Source of the DNA: Myxococcota bacterium
Lineage (GTDB): Bacteria > Myxococcota_A > Polyangia > Nannocystales > Nannocystaceae
Assembly: GCA_039028615.1 (NCBI GenBank)
Contig: JBCCHT010000038.1
Location: forward strand, 52,441 to 116,440
Direction: 5' to 3'
DNA: 64,000 bases
The notes under the pieces were generated by a model. It searched no databases and was not told where the DNA came from. It saw only the letters and a list, made by a program, of their open reading frames with translations. Position 1 is the first letter of the stretch, and every line of letters begins with the position of its first letter. Below are positions 22,101-30,954 of this stretch, piece by piece. The position numbers and the translations under genes were made by a program.

Positions 22101-24223
22101 TGCACGACCTCCAGTGCTCCGTCGCTGATGCGGGCGCTTCGATCACAGCGCTCGGCCACGCGCGGGTCTTCGGTGACCACGATGGTGGTCCACCCCGCGT
22201 CGTCGGCCAGCACGGTGTCGAGCAGGGAATCCATGGCTTCGGTGCTCAGGCCCAGGCCATCGAGGGCGCGGTCGAGCAGCAGTACCCGAGGCCGCGCGGC
22301 CAGGGCCCGCACCAGGGCGAGGCGGCGAGCCTGGGTGTCGGAGAGCGGGCCGCCGAGCGGCAGCAGGGGGGTATCGAGCCCCGAAGGCAGGCGGTCGACG
22401 GCATCTTCGATGTCGACCAGGCGCAGCAGGGCTCGGGCGGCCGGTTCGTCGAGCGGGGTGTCGGCGGCGAGGCGCAGGTTGTCGATCACCGTGCCCACGA
22501 TGAAGTCCGCGCCGCGCACCATCAGCACGCGGTCGCGAACCGAGGCCAAGTCGGCGCGGCGAAGGTCGAGCCCGTCGATGTGCACGCTGCCGCCGCTGGG
22601 TCTCCGAAAGCCGCCCAGGACCTCGAGCAGGGTGCTCTTGCCCGACCCGGCGTCGCCCATCAGCCGCAGGCTCTGCCCGGCCGGGAGCTCGAGCGCGGCG
22701 CCGTGGAGCAGGCCACGCTCGCCTCGGCGGACGTCGACTTCACGGACCGCGACCGAGGCCGCGCTGCCGCTGGGCAGCGGCTCGCCGCCGCGACGCTCGG
22801 TGGGCAGGTCGACGACCTCGGAGATCTTGAGCACGGCGACATCGAGGTCGTAGAGCTTTTCGAGGTTGTTGCCGAGCTTCATGAACCCGACGCCCATCGC
22901 CGCGATGACCAGCTCGGCGGCCACGAGCTGACCCAGGGTGAGCTGGCGGTTGATGACCAACCAGCCGCCGACGCCCAGCAATGAGACGACGGCGAGCACC
23001 TGCAGCCCGATGCCCCCGGCGAGCTGCCGAAGAAGGATGCGGAAGTGACCCTTGCGCGCGGCGATGTAGTCGCGAGACAGCATGTCGCTGTGCTCGGCCG
23101 CCCGCTTTTGCGCCGCCATGCCGCGGAACAGGTGCGGGGCTCGCCCGAGCCCCTCGAGCCACGCCGCGGTGCGGTACTTGGCCGAAGACTCGCGCAGGCC
23201 GGCCGAGACCGCGCCGCGCCCCATGATGAGCACGCCCAGCAGCAGGACGATCAACACCACGTCGAAGGTCAGCAACAGCGGGTGATAGAAGCCGAGCAGC
23301 AGCATCCCCATGAAGGTCTGCAGCGTCAGGGCCATGCCATCGAGCAGCAGGACCGACAGCGACTTCTGAATGGTGAGGACGTCGAAGAAGCGGTTGACGA
23401 CCTCGGAGCCGTCTTTTTCGTCGAACACCTCGGCCCGCACGCTGGGCAGGCGCCGCCCGAAGTCGTCGGCGACGCGGATGAAGACCCGGCGCTGCAGCAC
23501 CTCGACGACGTAGGTCTCGAGCACGCTGAGCAGGCCGGAGAAGGCCAGGCCGCCCAATAGCAGCAGGCTGAGCACGACCAGCGGCTGCAGCACCGAGCCG
23601 AACGCGACGGTGTTGACCAGAGCCTGGACCGCGATGGGGGTGGCGAGCGTGAGACCACCGATGACGATCGCGTACACGAGCACGACCCACAGGTCGCGAC
23701 GCTCGAGGCGAAGGAAGGCCCGGAGGCGACGCCACGGGGCCGCGGCGAGCTCGGGGCGGCGCTGGGCGGATATGGGATCGAGCGCGAGCAGTGGTTGCAG
23801 GTACACCCACGGCTGGTCGCCGGCCGCCGCGTGGAGCTGGGCGGCGGTCATCGTCATGCGGGCCTCGCCGCGCTCGTCGAGCCGGACGACCTGGGAGCGC
23901 TTGGGATGCCCGCCCAGCGCGATCAGCCACTGCCCGGGACCGGTGCGCACCAGGGCGGGACGCTGCCGGGGGCCTGGGGTCGGCGCCTGCTCGCAGATCT
24001 CCGGGTGCAGGCCCAGCGCGTTGGAGGCGGAGCCGGCCGCTCGCAGCCATCCATCGCTCCCGACGGTGGAATTCGAGGACGCGCGCCACGCGTCCTCGGC
24101 GCGAATGGGCGCTCCGGCCTCTTGCGCGGCCAATTCGAGCGCTCGCGCGAGGATCGACGCCTCGCGGCCCGGCTCGAAGTCGACCGCTCGGTATCCGCGG
24201 GGTGGCTCAGCCGTGCGTTCCAT
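22097..24223 (-). CDS. Type I secretion-like ABC transporter (C39-like N-domain, TMD, degenerate NBD)
   Basis: Multi-pass TM domain (LATPIAVQALVNTVAFG, GQLVAAEL); Walker A GDAGSGKST; signature LSDTQ; Walker B LLLDR; switch VTE. Confidence 0.9.
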   Translation of the reverse strand: MERTAEPPRGYRAVDFEPGREASILARALELAAQEAGAPIRAEDAWRASSNSTVGSDGWLRAAGSASNALGLHPEICEQAPTPGPRQRPALVRTGPGQWLIALGGHPKRSQVVRLDERGEARMTMTAAQLHAAAGDQPWVYLQPLLALDPISAQRRPELAAAPWRRLRAFLRLERRDLWVVLVYAIVIGGLTLATPIAVQALVNTVAFGSVLQPLVVLSLLLLGGLAFSGLLSVLETYVVEVLQRRVFIRVADDFGRRLPSVRAEVFDEKDGSEVVNRFFDVLTIQKSLSVLLLDGMALTLQTFMGMLLLGFYHPLLLTFDVVLIVLLLGVLIMGRGAVSAGLRESSAKYRTAAWLEGLGRAPHLFRGMAAQKRAAEHSDMLSRDYIAARKGHFRILLRQLAGGIGLQVLAVVSLLGVGGWLVINRQLTLGQLVAAELVIAAMGVGFMKLGNNLEKLYDLDVAVLKISEVVDLPTERRGGEPLPSGSAASVAVREVDVRRGERGLLHGAALELPAGQSLRLMGDAGSGKSTLLEVLGGFRRPSGGSVHIDGLDLRRADLASVRDRVLMVRGADFIVGTVIDNLRLAADTPLDEPAARALLRLVDIEDAVDRLPSGLDTPLLPLGGPLSDTQARRLALVRALAARPRVLLLDRALDGLGLSTEAMDSLLDTVLADDAGWTTIVVTEDPRVAERCDRSARISDGALEVVQ

Positions 24224-24237
24224 CGTCCTTTGAACCC

Positions 24238-24265
24238 ATATACATGAAAATCTTTTCATGTATAT
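24238..24265. promoter_or_regulatory. Perfect 13-bp inverted repeat, probable operator
   Basis: atatacatgaaaa-tc-ttttcatgtatat in the short AT-rich gap between the divergent ABC and wHTH genes. Confidence 0.75.
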
Positions 24266-24274
24266 TTTATCAAG

Positions 24275-24661
24275 ATGTCATCGTCAAGGGATCGATCGGA
24301 TAGCGCCCGAGGTCGCGAGCCTCCCGACGCTCACGAGCACATGTGGACCTTCTTGAGCAACTACGCCCATGTGTTGGTTTGCGTTGCGCAAGACCCCGAC
24401 CTGACCCTGCGAGAAATCGCCGAGCGCGTCGGCATCACCGAGCGCGCCACCCATCGCTTGGTGGCGGAGCTCGAGGCCGGCGGCGTGATCACGCGCGAGC
24501 GAACGGGGCGACGCAACCACTACGAGATCGACCTCTCCGCCCCGATGCGTCACCCGCTGGAGGCAGAGAAGACGGTCGGCGACCTGCTGGCGGCGCTGCT
24601 GGGGAAGAAGGAAGCGGCCAGCCTCGGGCTGAAGCCGGTCCGCCGTCGGGCGCGAGGCTGA
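24275..24661 (+). CDS. Winged-helix (MarR/ArsR/AsnC-like) transcriptional regulator
   Basis: WTFLSNYAHVL..PDLTLREIAERVGITERATHRLVAELEAGG..GRRNHY..RHPLE; alternative start at 24341. Confidence 0.88.
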   Translation: MSSSRDRSDSARGREPPDAHEHMWTFLSNYAHVLVCVAQDPDLTLREIAERVGITERATHRLVAELEAGGVITRERTGRRNHYEIDLSAPMRHPLEAEKTVGDLLAALLGKKEAASLGLKPVRRRARG

Positions 24662-24707
24662 CTTCGCTCGGGGCGACCCTGACGACGGGCCATGGGGGAC
24701 GCGCGGC

Positions 24708-25802
24708 TCAGCCCGCGGGCGGGATCTGATCGCAGGTCTCTCCGATGACCTCGGCGAGGGCCGAGCCCACCACGTTGGCGTAGTCGGCGGGCTCGTCGAT
24801 GCTGCCCGTGGCGTTGAAGTTGGAGAACTGGTTGAAGAACTGCCACAGGCCGTTGTTCACGCCCTCGATGCACTGATCCACCAGCCCGGTGATCAGCACG
24901 CACTGATCACCGCCGCAGCCGGCTTTGGCGTCGACGACCATGTCGTAGTAGGTGGCGGCCCCCTCGGGCGATTTGTCGGGCTCGTCGGTGAGTACGATGA
25001 TGGCTAGCACCGCTCCCTCATCGCGCAAGAAACCCGCGTTGAATGTCTCGTTGGCGGGGTGCAGGGCGTAGCCGGCGGCAGCGGACATCATCTCGAAGCT
25101 GCACCCGGTCTCGCCCGCTGCGACGGCGGCCTGGGAAAACCACAGCTTCAGGTCGGCGGAATCCTCGCCCACGATCGCCTCGAAGTAGCGCTGGCCGTTC
25201 CACTCGAAGAGCCGACCCTGCTCGCCGTTGACCCCGTTGCTGCCCTCGGTGGGCGGATCGTAGTGATTGTTCACCGTCGTGCCGGAGGCCGTGGTCACGC
25301 AGTTGAAGACGCCCTCGGAGCAGTTGCCGTCGAAGAACGAGGTGGTGGTCATGCCCACGTGCAGGTCGGTGCCCGGCGGGAGGTTGGCCCACATCTCGTC
25401 GACGAAGGTCGGCCACGCCAGGGCGAGCTGGGTCTGGTGCTGGTTCATCGACAGCGAGTTGTCGATGACGAAGAGGATGTCGACCGCGTTGCAGAAGTCT
25501 TGCTTGCCCTCGCCGATGTCCGCGGGCCCGACGTCGAGCAGCACGCCGTCGTCTTCTTCGGCGGCCGCGGTGGTCCCCGTCTCGTCGGCGACGTCGGTGG
25601 CCCCCGCGGTGGTCGTGCCGTCGGCGGAGGACGGCGTGGGCGTGCCCGTGGTCGGCGTGACGGTGCCGCCCGCCGAGTCGAAGGGGTTGTCCGTGTCGTC
25701 CTGCGGGCACCCGCTCAGGGTCGACGCGCACAGCAGCAGCAGCGTCGACGAGGCAGCGGAGGTCAGTACGGGGCGGAGGCGGCGATCACGGGCGCGACGC
25801 AT
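24708..25802 (-). CDS. Stalked lipoprotein with vWA-like domain
   Basis: LSGC lipobox, Thr-rich stalk, VDILFVIDNSLSM (MIDAS DxSxS), GFLRDEGAVLAIIVLTDEPD. Confidence 0.8.
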   Translation of the reverse strand: MRRARDRRLRPVLTSAASSTLLLLCASTLSGCPQDDTDNPFDSAGGTVTPTTGTPTPSSADGTTTAGATDVADETGTTAAAEEDDGVLLDVGPADIGEGKQDFCNAVDILFVIDNSLSMNQHQTQLALAWPTFVDEMWANLPPGTDLHVGMTTTSFFDGNCSEGVFNCVTTASGTTVNNHYDPPTEGSNGVNGEQGRLFEWNGQRYFEAIVGEDSADLKLWFSQAAVAAGETGCSFEMMSAAAGYALHPANETFNAGFLRDEGAVLAIIVLTDEPDKSPEGAATYYDMVVDAKAGCGGDQCVLITGLVDQCIEGVNNGLWQFFNQFSNFNATGSIDEPADYANVVGSALAEVIGETCDQIPPAG

Positions 25803-25882
25803 GCCGATACATTGAAGCATCGCGCGTGAAGATGCATCCCCGACTCGCAATCGGGCCCACTTTGCTGCAGGTGGGGCAATCT

Positions 25883-27907
25883 TCAGCAGCGCGAGCCGGG
25901 CAGACGCTGGTCGCCCGAGCGGCGGGTGACCTGCATTTGATCGAGGTGCTCGAGGAAGGGCACCGCGTACTTCCGGGTCAGCCCGGTCATCTGCTTGAGC
26001 GCCTGAACGTCGATGGTCCCGTGTTCGCGCAGGTGCTCGCGCACGCGCTCGACGAGGCCGTCGTGGCTCTCGCGCGACCACGAGATGTCGGGGGTGAGCT
26101 TGACGATCCGACCGGTGCGCTGCAGCACGCCGACGATCTCGAGCACCTGGCGGCTGGTCAGGCCCGCGGCCGCCTGCACGTCCTTGAGGTTGGGCGCGGC
26201 CAGGCCGGCTTCCTCGTAGCGATCGAGCACGCGCTGCATGTGCTCGGGAAGCTCACCTTCGGCGGGCACGCCCTTGCCGGGCCGAGCCAGGGTGCCCTGG
26301 TCGTCCACTGCCTGCAGGGCCCCGCGGGCGACGGCCTGATCGACGGCCCAGGCCGCGACCGTCGCGGCGACCCGATCCCCGAGCAGACCCTCGGCCGAGG
26401 CCCGCCCGAGCCCCGGCTGCATGGGGTTTTGCGCGTGGAAGCGGTCGGCTCCCGCGATGACCTTGTCGATCAGCGGTCGGGCCGACTCCGTGTGCACGTA
26501 GCGGTCGTGGCCCAAGGGCACCAGCACGGCCCCCTTGCCTTCGCTCATCTTCTTGAGCAGCTGCGGGGTCTCGCGCAGCCCGGTGCGGCGCTCGATGGTG
26601 AGGGCATCGATGCCCAGCACGCCCGCGTCGTGGACCAGGGCTCGGATGCGCGCGGAAGGGTCGGTGTCGGCCAGGGCACGGCCGACCGCGATCCACCGCG
26701 GCCGCTGCCCCCGCCCGCCCGAGGGCTCGGGATCGATGATCGTGCCGCCGCCGATGGTGAGCCCGTGGTCGTCGTGGGCCCCCGCGGTGGTCGAGGCCGA
26801 GAAGGCCCGCACCACCAGCCGCTGGTCTCGCCACACGGGCAGCGGGTTGGCGAGGCGAATGCGGACCAGGCCCCCGTGCCCCGGTGGGATGGTCAGCTGT
26901 CCCGGCTCGTCTTCGAAGGGTTGGTCGGGATTCGGTGCCCGCCACAGCGGATCGAGCCGCGCCGGAGTGTGGGCCGTGCCCGCGCAGATCTGGACGCTGG
27001 TGTCTCGGGTCCACGCCGGATCGCGCCCGGGGAGGTGCCGCAGCATGGCGTGCACGACCGCGCCCGCGCCGACGGTGGGCCCCCGGGTGAGCACGTCGCC
27101 GCGATGGATCTCGGAGACCTCGATCCCGGCCAGGTTGATCGCGGTGCGGTTGCCCGCCACCACCCGCGATTGATCCGAGCTGCGCACCTGGGCGGCGCGG
27201 CTGCGGACCTGTCGGGTCTCGCGGCTCGGCCCCGCGGGCACGAGCGTCAGGTGGTTGTCGGCACCCAGGTCGACGAGCCCCGACAGCAAGGTCCCGGTGA
27301 CGACCGTGCCGTGCCCCTTGATGGTGAACACGCGATCGATGGGCAGGATGACCGGCCCCTTGTTGTCGCGACGCGGCAGCTTGCCGATGAGCTTGACGAC
27401 CTCCGCCCGCAGCTCGTCGATGCCTTCTTTGGTGTGGCCGCTGCACGGGACGATCTTCGACTCGGCGAACACGCTGCCCTGCAACGCGGCGTGGACGTCC
27501 TCGACCGCCAGCTCGATCGCCTCTTCGTCACCCTCGAGCTGGTCGACCTTGGTCAGCGCGACGACGCCGTGCTCGATGCCGAGCAGTCGACACACGTTGA
27601 GGTGCTCGCGGGTCTGGGGCATGACCCCATCCTCGGCGGAGACCACGAGGATCACGAGGTCGATGCCGCCGGCGCCGGCGACCATGGTGCGCACGAAGCC
27701 CTCGTGCCCCGGCATGTCGACGATGCTGGTGCGGATGTCGGGGGTCGGCTCCCAGGCCGCAAAGCCGAGCTCGATCGTGATCCCGCGGCGCTTTTCCTCG
27801 GGCAGACGGTCGGTATCGACCCCCGTCAGCGCGCGGACGAGCGTGGTCTTGCCGTGGTCGATGTGGCCAGCGGTGCCGAGCACCAACGAACGGGGGGCCT
27901 TGGCCAT
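25883..27907 (-). CDS. selB: Selenocysteine-specific translation elongation factor
   Basis: [57 protein letters not shown]-terminal winged helix [15 protein letters not shown]. Confidence 0.95.
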   Translation of the reverse strand: MAKAPRSLVLGTAGHIDHGKTTLVRALTGVDTDRLPEEKRRGITIELGFAAWEPTPDIRTSIVDMPGHEGFVRTMVAGAGGIDLVILVVSAEDGVMPQTREHLNVCRLLGIEHGVVALTKVDQLEGDEEAIELAVEDVHAALQGSVFAESKIVPCSGHTKEGIDELRAEVVKLIGKLPRRDNKGPVILPIDRVFTIKGHGTVVTGTLLSGLVDLGADNHLTLVPAGPSRETRQVRSRAAQVRSSDQSRVVAGNRTAINLAGIEVSEIHRGDVLTRGPTVGAGAVVHAMLRHLPGRDPAWTRDTSVQICAGTAHTPARLDPLWRAPNPDQPFEDEPGQLTIPPGHGGLVRIRLANPLPVWRDQRLVVRAFSASTTAGAHDDHGLTIGGGTIIDPEPSGGRGQRPRWIAVGRALADTDPSARIRALVHDAGVLGIDALTIERRTGLRETPQLLKKMSEGKGAVLVPLGHDRYVHTESARPLIDKVIAGADRFHAQNPMQPGLGRASAEGLLGDRVAATVAAWAVDQAVARGALQAVDDQGTLARPGKGVPAEGELPEHMQRVLDRYEEAGLAAPNLKDVQAAAGLTSRQVLEIVGVLQRTGRIVKLTPDISWSRESHDGLVERVREHLREHGTIDVQALKQMTGLTRKYAVPFLEHLDQMQVTRRSGDQRLPGSRC

Positions 27908-27995
27908 CGCCGGGAGTCTACCCTCGGCGGCCCGAGCCGGCCGCGGAAGCCGGCTGTTTTGTCCGAACCCCGATTCGGCTAGCATTCGGGGGCTC

Positions 27996-29105
27996 ATGGG
28001 CAATCCCGGTTCCGATGCCGATCCCACCCAGATCGGCCGCTATCACGTCGAGGGCCAGCTCGGCGCAGGCGGCGTGGGAGTGGTGTTCGCGGCCCACGAT
28101 CCGCGGCTGGGCCGGCGGGTGGCGGTGAAGCTGCTGCGGTCCGACCGGTTGGGTGCCGATCCCGCACGGGCGGGGCAGCGGCTCCGCGAGGAAGCTCAGG
28201 CCATGGCCCGGCTCGCCCACCCCAACGTGGTCACCGTCTACGACGTCGGGGAGCACGAGGGCGGGGTCTACATCGCGATGGAATTGGTCGAGGGGCAATC
28301 GCTCCGGGACTGGCTCAAGGTGATGGCTCGGCCCTGGCGTGAGGTCCTCAACGCGTACTTCCAGGCGGGTCGCGGGTTGGCGGCCGCCCACGAGGCGGGG
28401 CTGGTGCACCGCGACTTCAAGCCGGCCAACGTCTTGGTGGGCGTCGACGGTCGCGTGCGGGTGGTCGACTTCGGCTTGGCGTCCACCGGCCCCATCGATC
28501 TCGCGAGCACCGATCTCGACGAGCTCGAAGGGCATGCCTCGACCAGCGGGATCTATCACCGGTCTTCGCAGCTCACCGACATCGAGACCACCGTCGACGA
28601 GTCGGGGTTGGCCCCCGACGACGGGCCGTTGACCACGGGGGTGATCACGCCGCGACAGGCCACGGCGGACATCAGTGGAACCTTCACCGCGGTCGACATG
28701 ACCATCGAAGGCACGCTGCACCCGGCGTCGCTGGGCGCCGACCCGCACACCACCATTCCCACCGGGCTGACGCACTCGGGCCTGGTGGCGGGCACGCCGG
28801 CCTATATGGCGCCCGAGCTTTTTTTGGGCCGCACCGCCGACGCGCGCAGCGACCAGTTCGCGTTCGCCGTTTCGCTCTACGAAGGCCTTTATGGTGAGCG
28901 GCCTTTCGCCGGCAGCAACACGGCGGAGATCGCCGATGCGGTGATGAACGGTCGTATGCGCACGCTCTCGTCCACGCATCGCGTGCCGCGGTGGGTGCAC
29001 CGCATCGTCGAGCAGGGTCTGCAGACGCGCCGCCAAGACCGGCACGTCTCCATTCGCTCGATGCTGGCGTCCTTCGCGTTCCTCGCCCGCGTGGTCTGGA
29101 ACTGA
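27996..29105 (+). CDS. Cytoplasmic Ser/Thr protein kinase with very long activation segment
   Basis: [26 protein letters not shown]...[15 protein letters not shown]; ends right after the kinase domain. Confidence 0.92.
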   Translation: MGNPGSDADPTQIGRYHVEGQLGAGGVGVVFAAHDPRLGRRVAVKLLRSDRLGADPARAGQRLREEAQAMARLAHPNVVTVYDVGEHEGGVYIAMELVEGQSLRDWLKVMARPWREVLNAYFQAGRGLAAAHEAGLVHRDFKPANVLVGVDGRVRVVDFGLASTGPIDLASTDLDELEGHASTSGIYHRSSQLTDIETTVDESGLAPDDGPLTTGVITPRQATADISGTFTAVDMTIEGTLHPASLGADPHTTIPTGLTHSGLVAGTPAYMAPELFLGRTADARSDQFAFAVSLYEGLYGERPFAGSNTAEIADAVMNGRMRTLSSTHRVPRWVHRIVEQGLQTRRQDRHVSIRSMLASFAFLARVVWN

Positions 29106-29508
29106 AGCCCCACAAAAGAAATCGCGATCGAGGTCCCGGAAAAGCGTGGGGGCCTCGGTGTCGTATGAGGTGAGAGACCAATTCTCTTCGGGGCGCCGCT
29201 TCACACAACGCCAATCACCCTCGTGGGTGGTGCCCTCACTCACCGATCCCGGGCGAATGCTCTCGCCCTGACACCCGTATGCCCGAAACCCGTCGGGGGT
29301 GTTTGTTCGGGGTCGGTGGGGACATTTCCAACGCAGGGTGATGATGACCGGGAAGTTTCGCGCCCCGTCAGGCGTCACGGGCCCCGTGGCTCTCCTAGGT
29401 CTAAAGCCGGTCGACCTTCGCCGATCCCGCCGTGTTGCCGCGTACTTGCGTCGGCATGGCGATCACTCATGGATGTCGCGCGCGGAGTGTGGGAAGTCTG
29501 GCCGCAGT

Positions 29509-30954
29509 ATGGCGCGCAAGAGGCTCGCATTGACGGCAGTGTTGTTGTTCGGGGGTATGGCCTGGCCCACCCTGGCTCAGGCCTCCGACGATGACTGCAT
29601 CCACACCGTCAAGGCAGGGCAGACGCTCGGCCACATCGCCAACAAGCACGGCGTATCGCAGCGCGACCTGATCAACAGCAACCGGGCTCTGAAGAAGAAC
29701 CCCGACATGCTGCGCGTGGGTCAGGAGCTCGACGTCTGCGCGGCGCGGGCCAAGGCGGTGGCGCGGGACGAAGCCAAAAAGGCCAGCAAAGAAAAAGAGC
29801 CCGCCCCCGCCAAGAAGAAAAAGCGCGCCCAAAAGTGCGGCAGCAACGGGGAGATCATCGAGCACGAGGTCGGCAAGGGGGACACCCTCAGCAAGATCAT
29901 CCATCGCTACGATGTGACCGAGCGGGAGATCTTCCGCCGCAACCCCACGCTGGCCGAGCCGCCGCACATGCTGCGCGTGGGTCAGAAGGTCAAGCTGTGC
30001 CTCGACCAGCGCAAGGCCCGGGCCTCGAAGCTGTGTGGCTTCCGTACGCCGACCTTCGAGCACGAGGTCGTGCCCGGCGAAAACCTCGGCCAGGTGGCGG
30101 GTCGCTACGGCGTGCGTCGCCGCGACCTCGAGCGCTGGAACGCCAAGGTTCGCAAGAACCCCAACCTGCTCCGCGTGGGGCAGAAGGTCCGGGTCTGCCC
30201 CGAGATCGCCCCCCGCGTCCGCAAGCAGATCAACTACGAAGTGCAGTCGGGCGACAACCTGGGCACCATCGCCCGGAAGTATCAGCTCACCTCCAGCGAG
30301 CTCGAGCGCTACCAGCGAGGCAAGCTCACCGATCCCAGCTCGCTGCGGGTAGGACAGAACCTGGTGGTGTGGGTCGATGGCGGTATCGTCGAGGGCTTCG
30401 GCGGCATCGACGACGACGACGGCGTGCTCAAGGCTGGCGTCCAGATGCCGCCCGGGCGCAACTACACCCTCAAGTGGGCCACCGGCTCATGGGGCACCGC
30501 GGACTCCATCCGCACCATCCAAACGGCGATCGCCAACTATAAAAAGCGCGTTCCCAAGAGCCCCAAGGTCCACATCGGCGACATCTCGAAGCGCGGCGGC
30601 GGGCCCTTCAAGCCGCACCGCTCGCACCAGCACGGCCGCGACATCGACATCGCCTACGTGCTCCGGGGCGAGCATGCCGACGACTCCCGCTTTCATCGCG
30701 CCACCGAGGACAACTTCGACGTGGCCAAGAACTGGCGGCTGCTCAAGTCGTTCATCGACACCGACCAGGTCATCTACATCTTCGTCGACCACAAACTGCA
30801 AAAACTACTGTACGAGCACGCCAAGAAGCGGGGCGCGAGCGAAGAAATGCTCGACGAGTTGTTCCAATATCCTCGCGGCAAGCGACGATCCCATGGGATC
30901 ATTCGCCATTGGAAAGGGCACACCAACCACTTTCACGTGCGGTTCCGAAAGTGA
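29509..30954 (+). CDS. Secreted protein with four LysM domains and a MepA-like (penicillin-insensitive murein endopeptidase) domain
   Basis: Signal peptide; four H/YxVxxGxxL..LRVGQ repeats; IGDISKRGGG..HRSHQHGRDIDI and HTNHFHVR zinc motifs. Confidence 0.9.
   Translation: MARKRLALTAVLLFGGMAWPTLAQASDDDCIHTVKAGQTLGHIANKHGVSQRDLINSNRALKKNPDMLRVGQELDVCAARAKAVARDEAKKASKEKEPAPAKKKKRAQKCGSNGEIIEHEVGKGDTLSKIIHRYDVTEREIFRRNPTLAEPPHMLRVGQKVKLCLDQRKARASKLCGFRTPTFEHEVVPGENLGQVAGRYGVRRRDLERWNAKVRKNPNLLRVGQKVRVCPEIAPRVRKQINYEVQSGDNLGTIARKYQLTSSELERYQRGKLTDPSSLRVGQNLVVWVDGGIVEGFGGIDDDDGVLKAGVQMPPGRNYTLKWATGSWGTADSIRTIQTAIANYKKRVPKSPKVHIGDISKRGGGPFKPHRSHQHGRDIDIAYVLRGEHADDSRFHRATEDNFDVAKNWRLLKSFIDTDQVIYIFVDHKLQKLLYEHAKKRGASEEMLDELFQYPRGKRRSHGIIRHWKGHTNHFHVRFRK

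Noticed and set aside
29103..29170. Selenocysteine readthrough of the kinase TGA, given the adjacent selB
   Set aside because: The downstream frame hits another TGA about 20 codons later, looks non-coding, and has no redox-motif context
29340..29420. Cyclic-dinucleotide (GEMM) riboswitch suggested by ggtctaaa
   Set aside because: The tetraloop/receptor stem and other conserved elements are not recognisable on either strand
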